From assembly GCA_036918135.1 (NCBI GenBank), contig JBALDB010000019.1, forward strand, positions 1 through 42,834: 42,834 bases of DNA, in the 5' to 3' direction. Numbering within the stretch: position 1 is the stretch's first letter; each line of letters opens with the position of its first letter. The DNA is from Nostoc sp. (GTDB lineage: Bacteria; Cyanobacteriota; Cyanobacteriia; Cyanobacteriales; Nostocaceae). Below, piece after piece: positions 31,225 through 40,653 of this stretch. Position numbers and translations under genes: made by a program. The notes below the pieces were generated by a model. The model saw only the letters and a list, made by a program, of their open reading frames with translations, was not told where the DNA came from and did no database searches.

Positions 31225-32058
31225 TTAGTTAATGCTGCGAGTTTGACGGCGACGACGCAAGCCAAACATACTAACTGCTCCCACCGCAAACATTGACAGA
31301 GTAACAGATGGTTCGGGAACGCTAGTACCAATTAGCGCCTTGACATTTGCCTCACCAATATCAAGAACTACAACAACATCATTAAAGTCACGGTCAGAAC
31401 CTTCGTTCCATCTACCAGTTGCAGAATCTATGCCTGAAGCTTGGAAACCTCCGTATAAATCCTCGAATGCTAGTAAGATGTAGTTGTTGTAGGCATAAGC
31501 AACTGTGTGCTGTAATTTATCAGCATTAGAGGCAGTGTCAGTACCAAAGATATTAGCAGAGTCGCCACGACCGAGACCATCAGCTCTCAACCAGAAATCG
31601 AGTTGAGTACCTGCGGTAACATTACCAATATTGACACCATCACCCAGTTTCAGTGCATTACCGCCCCAACCACCAACACACCCATTTCCTTCACAAGAAA
31701 TATCATTAAAAAGTAGCCCAGATTTATTAGTAGTTCCTGTAGCTTCAAACGCTAACTGGTTTCTATAACCAGCACCCTCATTAATAAAGTAAACAGAAAC
31801 ATCGTGGTCGTATTTTAGGTTTAAATTATTGGGGTCTAATTTAAATTGTCCGCTATTTGGTAGAGCAACACTTTCTGCTTGAACAAATTGTTGAAAAGGA
31901 GTGTCATCAAAACCAGTTTGAGACTTACTATGTACCGTTGGTTGAGTCCAGGAATTATTCCAAGTAAAACCAGAAGCAGATGCTGTTTCTACTTTAGATA
32001 CTAATCCAGTCAAGGTAGCTGTAGCGGCAATTAAAGCAGTGAATAAAGTACGTTTCAT
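31225..32058 (-). CDS. PEP-CTERM exported protein with DUF4114-like domain
   Basis: Signal peptide; EGAGYRN, AFEDL, SDRDFNDVV; VPEP-TM-RRRR tail. Confidence 0.9.
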   Translation of the reverse strand: MKRTLFTALIAATATLTGLVSKVETASASGFTWNNSWTQPTVHSKSQTGFDDTPFQQFVQAESVALPNSGQFKLDPNNLNLKYDHDVSVYFINEGAGYRNQLAFEATGTTNKSGLLFNDISCEGNGCVGGWGGNALKLGDGVNIGNVTAGTQLDFWLRADGLGRGDSANIFGTDTASNADKLQHTVAYAYNNYILLAFEDLYGGFQASGIDSATGRWNEGSDRDFNDVVVVLDIGEANVKALIGTSVPEPSVTLSMFAVGAVSMFGLRRRRQTRSIN

Positions 32059-32681
32059 ATTAGAGTCATTAGGTAGGAGAAATAATTTAGATAATGCTTT
32101 TTAGAGCAGCTATCTCTCTTCTGTCGTCTCTTACTTCTAACAGCTATGAATTTGCAAAGTCAATCTGATTTTTTACTTTTTTTGGTATATTCAAATAGTT
32201 CTTCATCTAAAGTATTTTTACTGAAAAAAGACTATTATCACTTTATTAATACACTGTTATTAGCATTAAGTATTTCAACTTATATATAATAAGTAAATGA
32301 TGAAAAGTTTATATTTTTTATAAATATCAGATGTCCAATTTGTCTAGTTAAAGGTTAAAACCTGAATCTCTAGCAATTTCTTTGGAACGAAGTACATAAG
32401 TAGGGTAGTAGTGTCACACCTATCAACTTCAACCTTGGTAAATGGAATTCGGGGTTATACAAACAGAGGTAATCTCCGTACTTACGTTAACAAACGTAGT
32501 AATATGTCAGCATTTACTGGAGTATCGTCAAAATCTGCAAGTTATGCCAAGCATGAAAGACAATTTACACCAGTTGTGCTTTAGGCTGACAGTCCTTGCT
32601 TCAACTTGATGAATATACTTTAGAGTGAAATAATCAAGCTTTTCCAGAGCTACATCTCTCTCTCGCAGATAAAATTTATAT

Positions 32682-34445
32682 ATGAACCCTACACAAGAAA
32701 AACTAAAAGTTCAGTTTGAGCAAGCTTTAATGGCGGCTTTTGGCACAGACTTCGCCAAAATAGATCCTATTTTAGTTCCTGCTAGTAATCCTAAATTTGG
32801 TGATTATCAAGCAAATGTGGCTTTATCTCTAAGTAAAAAGTTAGGAAAGCAACCAAGATTAATCGCATCTAGCATAGTTGAGAAATTAGATGTATCTGAA
32901 ATCTGCGAACCACCAGAAATCGCGGGGCCAGGATTTATCAATCTGAAACTGAAAACAGCATACCTGGAAGCACAACTGAACGGTATTCAAGCAGATCCCA
33001 GGCTAGGAATCCCAACTACGAAAACGCCACAGCGGGAAATTGTGGATTTTTCTAGTCCGAATATTGCTAAAGAAATGCATGTCGGACACTTGCGTTCTAC
33101 AATTATCGGCGATGCGATCGCCCGCGTTCTCGAATTTCAAGGACACGATGTCCTACGGTTAAATCACGTCGGTGATTGGGGTACGCAATTTGGCATGTTA
33201 ATTGCTTATCTGCGGGAAGTCCACCCCCAAGCCCTGACTACTGCTAATGCTTTAGATATTGGTGATTTAGTCAGTTTTTACCGTCAAGCCAAACAGCGGT
33301 TTGATACAGATGACGCTTTTCAAGAAACAGCACGCCAAGAAGTCGTCAGATTACAAGCAGGCGCAGAAGATACACTCCACGCTTGGAAATTACTATGCGA
33401 ACAATCACGGCGGGAGTTTCAAGTAATTTATAATTTGTTGGATATCAAGTTAATTGAACGGGGCGAATCTTTCTACAACCCTTTACTACCAGGAGTTGTA
33501 GAAGATTTAGAAAAATCTGGATTACTGGTAGAAAATCAAGGGGCAAAATGCGTTTTTCTCGAAGGGTTTACAAATAGAGAAGGTGAACCCTTACCTTTAA
33601 TCGTACAGAAATCCGATGGTGGTTATAATTACGCCACTACAGATTTAGCATCCCTGCGTTATCGGATTCAGCAGGATGAAGCAAAGCGGATAATTTATGT
33701 AACGGATGCTGGACAAGCAAACCATTTTGCCCAATTTTTCCAGGTAGCACGCAAAGCCGGATGGGTTCCCGAAGATGTGGAATTAGTGCATGTGCCCTTT
33801 GGATTAGTGTTAGGAGAAGACGGTAAAAAATTCAAGACTCGTTCTGGCGATACTGTGCGGTTGCGGGATTTGTTAGATGAAGCGATCGCTCGTACCCATG
33901 CAGACCTAAAAGCTAGATTACAAGAAGAACAACGCCAAGAAACTGAAGAATTTATTAATGAAGTTGCCAAGGTAGTGGGAATTAGTGCAGTTAAATATGC
34001 AGATTTAAGCCAAAACCGCACTAGTAACTATGTTTTCAGTTTCGACAAAATGCTGGATCTAAAAGGCAATACTGCGCCCTATATGCTATATGCTTATGCG
34101 CGGATTCAAGGAATTAGCCGCAAGGGTGATATTAACTTTCAAGAGTTAGGAAATCATGCTGTAGTTTTAGAGCATGAAACCGAATTAGCACTGGCAAAAT
34201 ATTTACTTCAACTCGATGAAGTTATTAATAGTGTAGAGCAAGATTTATTGCCTCATCGTTTATGCGAATATTTGTACGAACTAAGTAAAAAGTTTAATCA
34301 GTTTTATGACCGCGATCGAGGAGTTCGGGTACTGGATGCTGAGGAACCACAGCGAACATCCCGCTTGATTATCTGTGATTTGACTGCTAGAACCTTGAAG
34401 TTGGGATTATCTCTATTAGGTATTCAGATATTAGAAAGGATGTAA
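32682..34445 (+). CDS. argS: Arginine--tRNA ligase
   Basis: [57 protein letters not shown], ends ERM. Confidence 0.98.
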   Translation: MNPTQEKLKVQFEQALMAAFGTDFAKIDPILVPASNPKFGDYQANVALSLSKKLGKQPRLIASSIVEKLDVSEICEPPEIAGPGFINLKLKTAYLEAQLNGIQADPRLGIPTTKTPQREIVDFSSPNIAKEMHVGHLRSTIIGDAIARVLEFQGHDVLRLNHVGDWGTQFGMLIAYLREVHPQALTTANALDIGDLVSFYRQAKQRFDTDDAFQETARQEVVRLQAGAEDTLHAWKLLCEQSRREFQVIYNLLDIKLIERGESFYNPLLPGVVEDLEKSGLLVENQGAKCVFLEGFTNREGEPLPLIVQKSDGGYNYATTDLASLRYRIQQDEAKRIIYVTDAGQANHFAQFFQVARKAGWVPEDVELVHVPFGLVLGEDGKKFKTRSGDTVRLRDLLDEAIARTHADLKARLQEEQRQETEEFINEVAKVVGISAVKYADLSQNRTSNYVFSFDKMLDLKGNTAPYMLYAYARIQGISRKGDINFQELGNHAVVLEHETELALAKYLLQLDEVINSVEQDLLPHRLCEYLYELSKKFNQFYDRDRGVRVLDAEEPQRTSRLIICDLTARTLKLGLSLLGIQILERM

Positions 34446-34583
34446 TGTATTTATAAACGTAAAGGTACTTAGAGAAATCAGAGTCAAGCAAGAGCTGATT
34501 TTTTCTGTGTGTCCTTTGCGTCTTCGCAGTTATTTAATCACAATTGGTGTGATTGCAATAGAGGTTTTCTTGGAGGCTGAAAA

Positions 34584-35147
34584 ATGGTACGAACACCATC
34601 AAAAAATATAACTTTGGCAGAGTTTCTAATGCTACCAGAAACCAAGCCCACTAGTGAATATATCGATGGTCAAATTATTCAGAAACCAATGGCACAGGGA
34701 GAACATAGCACCATTCAAGGTGAACTGATTATTTTTATTAATGGCGTTTTGAAACCGCAAAGAGTTGCACGAGCATATCCAGAACTGCGGTGTACATTTG
34801 GTGGCAGATCGATTGTCCCAGATGTAGCAGTATTTACTTGGGAGAGAATACCTCGCAAAGAAAATGGCAGGGTAGCAAATTTATTTTCGGCAGCTCCTGA
34901 TTGGACTATCGAGATTCTATCACCCGACCAAAGACAAACGAAAGTTACAAAAAATATTCTGCATTGCCTAAATTATCAAACACAAATGGGCTGGCTGATC
35001 GATCCAGAAGAACAAACTGTGTTCGTCTACATACGCAATCAACAACCAGTAACGGTGGATGAACTACAAGCTTTACTTCCTGTACCAGATTTTGCAAGTG
35101 AATTGAAGCTGACGGTGGGAGATTTATTTGGTTGGCTATTGGAGTAA
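34584..35147 (+). CDS. Uma2 family endonuclease
   Basis: LPETKP.SEYIDG, IVPDVAVF, PDWTIEILSP, GWLIDP. Confidence 0.9.
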   Translation: MVRTPSKNITLAEFLMLPETKPTSEYIDGQIIQKPMAQGEHSTIQGELIIFINGVLKPQRVARAYPELRCTFGGRSIVPDVAVFTWERIPRKENGRVANLFSAAPDWTIEILSPDQRQTKVTKNILHCLNYQTQMGWLIDPEEQTVFVYIRNQQPVTVDELQALLPVPDFASELKLTVGDLFGWLLE

Positions 35148-35168
35148 AAACACAAACTGAATTAGAAA

Positions 35169-35645
35169 ATGCACCAACTACAACAAGTTTTATGGGTAGG
35201 AATTGGTTGTAAACGCGAAACTTCATCGCAATTAATCGATTTAGCAATTGAGCAAGTTTTTCAAGAAAATAAACTTTGTCAAAGTGCGATCGCAGGTATT
35301 GCTACTATCGACACTAAAGCCTCGGAAGTTGGCTTAGTAGAATTTTGCCACCTACGCAATTTGCCTCTAAAGACTTTTTGTAGCGAAGTTCTTCGCCGTG
35401 TCTGGGTTCCCAACCCTAGTACAATTACCAACCAAGAAGTAGGTACACCCAGCGTAGCAGAAGCCGCAGCGATTCTTGCAGCCACTCAACTCAACTTATT
35501 GTTAACTAATTCCTTCTCGTTGAGTACAGAACAATTGGGGGTGAAATTTTTAGTTCCCAAACAAATTTTCCAATTAAAAGGGCAACCAGGAGCCGTAACA
35601 CTAGCTGTTGCCCAAGCTGCAAATTTTAGTAATTTTTCACTCTAG
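35169..35645 (+). CDS. Cobalamin biosynthesis CbiG C-terminal domain protein
   Basis: WVGIGCKR, IATIDTKASE, PNPS, GTPSVAEAAA, VTLAVA. Confidence 0.85.
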   Translation: MHQLQQVLWVGIGCKRETSSQLIDLAIEQVFQENKLCQSAIAGIATIDTKASEVGLVEFCHLRNLPLKTFCSEVLRRVWVPNPSTITNQEVGTPSVAEAAAILAATQLNLLLTNSFSLSTEQLGVKFLVPKQIFQLKGQPGAVTLAVAQAANFSNFSL

Positions 35646-35815
35646 TAACTGTGGGTGAACAAAAGGCTCAAAACTGCAAACCAGAAGGCAAAACCTAAAC
35701 AGAGCATACCTACAAGCCGCATCCTACCCAAAGGATACCCGTACAAATCATCGTAATAGGCTATAAAGGTTGATGGTACGGAAATCAGCCATTCTAGTAA
35801 TTCTTGGAGATCCAT

Positions 35816-36028
35816 ATGAGAGCTAAATTTTTAGCAGAAAGTGTAAACAATCTTGCCAGTGGTAACACAATAGTTAATTTAGCTCCAGTTCTCAAAAGCA
35901 GTGAAGAGAACAAATCCTTTTGGCAGGCGACACCTAATGGCAAGCTAGAAATGTGTGTTACTAATCCCAAGGCTAAAGAGTTCTTTGAGGCAGGCAAGGA
36001 GTACTACCTCGATTTCACTCCAGCATAG
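35816..36028 (+). CDS. Small hypothetical protein of phage type
   Basis: GGAG RBS before ATG 35816; MRAKF...EENKSFWQATPNGKLEM...GKEYYLDFTPA resembles small phage proteins as I recall them. Confidence 0.65.
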   Translation: MRAKFLAESVNNLASGNTIVNLAPVLKSSEENKSFWQATPNGKLEMCVTNPKAKEFFEAGKEYYLDFTPA

Positions 36029-36039
36029 ACAACTCGTAG

Positions 36040-36375
36040 TTAACTCTTAGTTAACTTATGAACTTGAGTGCATATTTTGAGATGCCCCTGTATTGCTTCA
36101 TCCCATGTGGGGTAAAAATTTCTTTTTCCATCCATTGCCCCACCCACAACTAACGTTTCAAACACCATTGGTTTAGACCCAGAGTTACATCTGCCAGGGT
36201 TTAAGTCGATGCCAACAAACTTGGTTGAAATCATGCAGCAGTTGAACTCGTTGACCATAACTGTGGTGTCAGCAATGGCAGCCGCCGCCATCCAGAAAGA
36301 CCACTCCATAAACGACTCAACAGCAACGGGTGTCTGTCCTTCAAGTTTGTAGTAGCCAGTCAAAATCTCACTCAT
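36040..36375 (-). CDS. Hypothetical protein (phage-like)
   Basis: Overlaps the upstream stop; ISTKFVGID...PMVFETLVVGG...YPTWDEAIQGH. Confidence 0.7.
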   Translation of the reverse strand: MSEILTGYYKLEGQTPVAVESFMEWSFWMAAAAIADTTVMVNEFNCCMISTKFVGIDLNPGRCNSGSKPMVFETLVVGGAMDGKRNFYPTWDEAIQGHLKICTQVHKLTKS

Positions 36376-36772
36376 AATCTACCCGATCTATTGTTATTGG
36401 TTTCAACATCTGCTTCCACACTTCTTTGCACTCAGGGCAGTTAGTAAACAGTGATGAGGCTTGTTCACAGCTAACTGTTTGACCACAAACAGCTTTTACA
36501 TAAGCTTGCCCGTTCGAGTGCCCAGGAACACGATGGATTATATTTTCTGCTATTGGTTTATAACAGTTTGCAAATACAAATAAGGCTGTTGAGCTTTGAC
36601 AAATTCTATGCAAACAGACAATAATGCAAGCTGCTGCCATAATGTCTGGTGGTAACTTTTGAAATCCAAAATAACTTTCTGCCAGAATTTTATGGATAGT
36701 TCCTGGTGACAAAATACGTGATGCTCGGTCAATAGCAGCATGATACGGGCTATCAAATTTTTTAAAAACCAT
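36368..36772 (-). CDS. Hypothetical Cys-rich protein, possible Zn-binding C-terminus
   Basis: H...VCG...NCPEC motif; operon position. Confidence 0.55.
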   Translation of the reverse strand: MVFKKFDSPYHAAIDRASRILSPGTIHKILAESYFGFQKLPPDIMAAACIIVCLHRICQSSTALFVFANCYKPIAENIIHRVPGHSNGQAYVKAVCGQTVSCEQASSLFTNCPECKEVWKQMLKPITIDRVDYE

Positions 36773-36793
36773 AACGGTTGTACCATTTTTTAT

Positions 36794-37990
36794 CTAACAA
36801 TCTAGTGTCAAGCCTTTAACTAGTTCCCTGAATAACAGCTTTGTGGCTTTAGCTGCAATTCTATTTCTGACAAGCTTCACAGGGCGACCGGCTACTTTCT
36901 CAACATCCAATTGATTACCCAATTGTTGACCAATATCATTTTTTAGACGCGATCGCTTTGGCTCAATTCGAGTGTATACCCACTGCCACAAAGCCTTGCG
37001 ACACAAGTCAGAACCACCAACAACTTTAGTTTTCTTGCTATCACCCGATGCCACCAGCGATGGGGCAGCCCCTAAAGCTTTCTGAAATCTCCTTAATGAA
37101 AGGTGGCGTTTAGTGGGCTTTTTGGAGTTTCGCCCCTGGCGAATTTTTACTTCTGGCTTACCATCCTCATTTAAGAACCCCTCAAGCGGGTAAATCTGGG
37201 ATATCAGCACACAACAAAGGCGATCGCCAAAACCAAACTTTTTAAAAACTTGACGGTAAGGTTGAAAGCGAGTGTCAGTAAGCAATTCTTGCAACTCTAC
37301 CTCAATGGCGTATTCTTCGCGCTGGAGATTACAGATGCGTTTTGCGTGTTGGCGAACCGTGTCTGTAATCCCCAAGCCAGCCGTTTGAGCGTAAAGACGA
37401 TCGTAACGCGTACTTTTGCGTTCACCAGCTAGCCAACCCCAAAGTAAAGGCACTTCACCAGACTCACCCCGCAGAGAGCGTACCAGTGCTACCTCTGGAA
37501 ACTGCCAGGCTAAATCCTGACGGGCACGGTTGATAATGGGTGATTGCACTCGGTTGAGGTGAGCCAGTCTCAGCACCAGTTCTCGAATTTTAACTATCGT
37601 CAGGTCGCGGATTTGGACAAATCGCCGTGGGTCGGCGTGGTAGTCGAAGTAGTAACAAGCCAAGGCTAACGAATCTGCATCATCATCCTTGTCTGGCAAG
37701 GCAAGATGATTAGCCCGATAATTTTTTAACTCTTTATGACCGACCAACCGCACCTCTACCCCGCTTCGTGCTAAATGAGTACCCCAAAGCTTACTGTAGT
37801 TACTGCCAGTCGGTTCCATCAGAGCAATGTCCGGCTTTAGCTCTAACAAAGCTTTAATCCCTTGAGCATTGGCGCTAAAGCAATTAAACGGACATTCATA
37901 ATAAAATTGACGTGGGTCTTCGGGTTTTTCTGTTAGCAGGCAAGCCGAAACTGAGGACTTGCTCACATCAAGTCCCAAAATTTTAATCAT
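36794..37990 (-). CDS. Divergent IS110-family recombinase/transposase (DEDD RuvC-like + coiled coil + Tnp20/Nop-like domain)
   Basis: ILGLDVSK (D), LMEPTG (E), DKDDDADS (DD), helical linker NRARQDLAWQFPE, GFG, LGAAPSLVASG (catalytic Ser motif), GSDLCRKALW, IAAKATKLLF; AGGAGA RBS. Confidence 0.85.
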   Translation of the reverse strand: MIKILGLDVSKSSVSACLLTEKPEDPRQFYYECPFNCFSANAQGIKALLELKPDIALMEPTGSNYSKLWGTHLARSGVEVRLVGHKELKNYRANHLALPDKDDDADSLALACYYFDYHADPRRFVQIRDLTIVKIRELVLRLAHLNRVQSPIINRARQDLAWQFPEVALVRSLRGESGEVPLLWGWLAGERKSTRYDRLYAQTAGLGITDTVRQHAKRICNLQREEYAIEVELQELLTDTRFQPYRQVFKKFGFGDRLCCVLISQIYPLEGFLNEDGKPEVKIRQGRNSKKPTKRHLSLRRFQKALGAAPSLVASGDSKKTKVVGGSDLCRKALWQWVYTRIEPKRSRLKNDIGQQLGNQLDVEKVAGRPVKLVRNRIAAKATKLLFRELVKGLTLDC

Positions 37991-38014
37991 TCAGTTCTCC
38001 TGGGTGGTTCAGTT

Positions 38015-38290
38015 TATGTCCCTGATGTCTGCCTGCGAATCACCCGAAGGCCCTTTGAGCCTAATTCACTCTCAAGGCAATAGCCGTCAGCGGGAACTGA
38101 CGGCGACACAGGGAGGGAACAGCACAACCACAGCAGCCGAGCTTGGGAAGGTAGGAAAGCCAAAAACAGCTTGTTTCAAGTTAAAAGCCCTAAGCTGCTG
38201 TGTGTATGCGCTGTACGTCTGGGTTGGACTCCAGACCGCGACGCGACGCAATTTATTGCATCGCGTTTCGCCGGTGAGTCAGTCCGGCTC
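38015..38290 (-). ncRNA. Putative structured RNA upstream of the IS110-like gene (bridge-RNA-like candidate)
   Basis: Five stem-loop domains, G-U pairs and a C(UUCG)G loop that work only on the minus strand; fills most of a 301-nt gap in an otherwise tightly packed operon. Confidence 0.7.
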
Positions 38291-38291
38291 G

Positions 38292-38519
38292 TCAGGCTTT
38301 TCTTACGGCTTCATACATGTCAATTACTTGCTGAATTTGTTTGGCGGATAGCTGCTCGTATTGTTCAGTAGCTTTTTCTGATAGATACTGGCTCCATGAT
38401 TGAATTGGTATTCCAGTTTTTTGAGCAAGAGTTTGTACAGCTATTCCCGTCGCCAAAACGTTAATTACATATTCCTCTCTAGGGATATGAACAAATTCGT
38501 CGTCTTTTTCAACAACCAT
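38292..38519 (-). CDS. Hypothetical protein
   Basis: GGAGG RBS; 8 nt after the upstream stop. Confidence 0.7.
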   Translation of the reverse strand: MVVEKDDEFVHIPREEYVINVLATGIAVQTLAQKTGIPIQSWSQYLSEKATEQYEQLSAKQIQQVIDMYEAVRKA

Positions 38520-38527
38520 TACACCTC

Positions 38528-38896
38528 CTAAAAATTGCTAAGTTCTTGATTGTTGGTCTGAGGAGCTTCCCCGCTTTCAAAAGGGATATCATCTGGGTCG
38601 GGTTCCTCTGCTTGTTGATTTGACTCCTCTTCCTTGGATTTAAGTTCTTGCAGCCTCTGTTCGTAGTCGGAAATTTGCTCTTTTAGATGACTAGCTTTTG
38701 TCTCTAGAGTTTGAATTTGAGTCACAATTCCCTTTTCTTGCGACTCCCTAATTTTTCGCTCTACCTTCTCCATTAGTAGAGAAGTTGCCTCCTCGTCGTC
38801 TTCCCCTTCTGATACTTCAGCCCAGAGTTCTAGGTGCTTATTTTCGTAACTTCCGAGGTTGAGGACTCGTTTGTAAGAAATAGTTTTGACTTGCAT
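38528..38896 (-). CDS. Hypothetical protein with coiled coil and acidic DDIPF-type tail
   Basis: Likely start MQVKTISYKRVLNLGSYE (ATG 38896); tail EEPDPDDIPF. Confidence 0.7.
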   Translation of the reverse strand: MQVKTISYKRVLNLGSYENKHLELWAEVSEGEDDEEATSLLMEKVERKIRESQEKGIVTQIQTLETKASHLKEQISDYEQRLQELKSKEEESNQQAEEPDPDDIPFESGEAPQTNNQELSNF

Positions 38897-38964
38897 AAGT
38901 TTGTGATATTTTTGACTTGAATAGATGCACGGCGGTCGCGTAATGCAACCGCGATCGCCTTTAA

Positions 38965-39150
38965 TTAACTGTTGAGTTTTTCTATAATCACTCCTCCTTG
39001 AGGATTTGGAATTGCAATGGCATTGCAAGGGGAATTTGTTAGCATTTCTATCTGCTTAGGATAGTGCGCTTCTAATTCAACCTTGCTCATTTCAAAACTT
39101 TGCTCTGCGTTCTCACTGTTAGCAGGTAGAGTAACTCGGAATTTACTCAT
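38965..39150 (-). CDS. Hypothetical protein
   Basis: Overlaps the upstream stop codon. Confidence 0.6.
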   Translation of the reverse strand: MSKFRVTLPANSENAEQSFEMSKVELEAHYPKQIEMLTNSPCNAIAIPNPQGGVIIEKLNS

Positions 39151-39340
39151 CGGTTTTCTCTTCTAGTGATACAAAAAAATCAGCATTACCAGACACTCGC
39201 CTAGTGGTTTTTGGCTCTAACTCGTTTGCACAAAGCTCTGCGGTTATCCTATTATTTGTTGTCTCGACCACTCTCCATGTAGTACCGTCTGGTTCTGTTT
39301 GAGGTCGCACAAAACTGTATAGATTTTTATCCCCATTCAT
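39143..39340 (-). CDS. Hypothetical protein
   Basis: ATG 39340 overlaps the end of the upstream gene and has a GGAG RBS. Confidence 0.55.
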   Translation of the reverse strand: MNGDKNLYSFVRPQTEPDGTTWRVVETTNNRITAELCANELEPKTTRRVSGNADFFVSLEEKTDE

Positions 39341-39869
39341 TCTTTTCTCCCTCATCTAAAATCTGTTGCAACATCTCTTTACCTTTTGCCCATTGCCCGC
39401 CCCCCAAACGCAACACCTTTTCAATCACATAGGTTTCACCCTTGACTTCAAGTAGCGACTTCACTGCCAAATAGAAGCCCCTAGTAACTGAAGTTGAAGT
39501 TGAAGTTTCCCCAGGGTGGTCTGCACTAGGCTCTCTATACAAGTGTTCTAGCGATTGGGTTAACTCTTGCTTGACTTCAGGCGGGTAAGTTGGCGCAGCG
39601 CCGTAAATTTCGTAAAGTGCTTGCTCTTGTTGCTGGGTGTGCAGTGCAATCTCAACTTGTTCTAGCTCTTGGTTCATAGCCGTCAGTGCAGCTTGACGGG
39701 CGCACTGCACTATTAATCGCCGCGATTCCCCAACTAGTTGCACTGAGGCTACTAGCGCCAAACTATAGCTGATACCTTTGGCAATCGGGGGAACGGGAGA
39801 AAGTGCAGTCAACCAAAAAGCGGTTGCACTCGCTAGCAAGCAGTTGCTTTTCAGCCACCGATTAACCAT
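39327..39869 (-). CDS. Hypothetical membrane protein (2 N-terminal TM, coiled coil)
   Basis: Hydrophobic N-terminus, Gln/Glu-rich helix; overlaps both neighbours. Confidence 0.7.
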   Translation of the reverse strand: MVNRWLKSNCLLASATAFWLTALSPVPPIAKGISYSLALVASVQLVGESRRLIVQCARQAALTAMNQELEQVEIALHTQQQEQALYEIYGAAPTYPPEVKQELTQSLEHLYREPSADHPGETSTSTSVTRGFYLAVKSLLEVKGETYVIEKVLRLGGGQWAKGKEMLQQILDEGEKNEWG

Positions 39870-40123
39870 GAAAGCATCCCTCCTAAAACAATCGCCGATG
39901 CAATAGCAATTAGTAGTGCGTAATAATCAGGCTCGGATAGTCTGAGAAATCCCCTAGCTGCATCGTCTGTTACCAGTGCAAGAGCTAAACCAACAAAAGA
40001 CATGATGTAGATAACCCACATCACCCGAAGTAAAGCAGGATGCAGCGCCCCTAGCCAAGCTATAAAGCTAGAGGCGATACACCCTAGAAGGAACCAAGCC
40101 CCCAGGTGTACCGCCTTATCCAT
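39851..40123 (-). CDS. Hypothetical small membrane protein (about 3 TM)
   Basis: Three hydrophobic segments; TAATG stop/start coupling. Confidence 0.7.
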   Translation of the reverse strand: MDKAVHLGAWFLLGCIASSFIAWLGALHPALLRVMWVIYIMSFVGLALALVTDDAARGFLRLSEPDYYALLIAIASAIVLGGMLSWLIGG

Positions 40124-40638
40124 TAGTATTTGTCCTGGATTTTGGCTTTGAGTTCTTCAACGCGTTTTTGGGCGTTGTTTTCGGCGCGGTCTAGTCCAAA
40201 TCCCATTCGGGCATATTCCGGGCGCTGCGCGTGCAAATGTCTTGCAGTTGATGCATCTGCACGTTTTTTGACGAGCTCGTTGTCAGCAACGCCCTTGATG
40301 TACCCACGATGGGCAACATGCACCTGTGCATCGGCTTCTTCTAGCTTTTTGAGGGATTTATAGGCGCGTTTGGCTTGCCGTGCTTCTTCCTTCTTCTGGG
40401 TCGCTACACGCTTGAGTGCATCAGCCTCAGTTTTATTGAAGTAGCGTGGTGTATGATTGACGGGTGCTGTCCTGACAGTCTCCCAAGTTCCCGCATTGAC
40501 TGGGTTGATTACATTTGGATCTGTTGGAGCCAGCACGCGATTTTTATCAATCCCGTGCCCCCCACTAGAAAGTGAGGATTGATTGCTAGTGTTGTTACTG
40601 GATTTACCAGCGCTGGTAATGCGTGCAAGGATTCCCAT
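40123..40638 (-). CDS. Hypothetical basic coiled-coil protein
   Basis: 171-aa ORF with Ala/Lys/Arg-rich helices. Confidence 0.7.
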   Translation of the reverse strand: MGILARITSAGKSSNNTSNQSSLSSGGHGIDKNRVLAPTDPNVINPVNAGTWETVRTAPVNHTPRYFNKTEADALKRVATQKKEEARQAKRAYKSLKKLEEADAQVHVAHRGYIKGVADNELVKKRADASTARHLHAQRPEYARMGFGLDRAENNAQKRVEELKAKIQDKY

Positions 40639-40653
40639 TGTTATTCGTTCCTG

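Noticed and set aside
1594..35485. Numerous short ORFs nested in or antisense to long genes
   Set aside because: Shadow frames of well-supported CDSs with no independent evidence.
35664..35672. AGGCTCAAA shared between the junction region and the candidate RNA
   Set aside because: Only 9 nt, partly in a predicted stem, and the same 9-mer occurs near 27590; compatible with chance.
35646..35800. tRNA or tmRNA integration site
   Set aside because: No cloverleaf or T-loop GTTCGA motif is visible.
37991..38291. TIGR-type array beside the Nop-like protein
   Set aside because: I see no periodic repeat of about 36 nt; the region is a single non-repetitive fold.
38295..38306. GGCTTT-containing similarity between the RNA loop segments and the upstream flank
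   Set aside because: Matches of 6-7 nt are too short to assign as guide pairing without homolog covariation.
37959..38371. Plus-strand ORFs 37959-38351 and 38171-38371
   Set aside because: Antisense to the operon, weak starts, no recognisable motifs; better explained as open frames across a GC-rich structured RNA.
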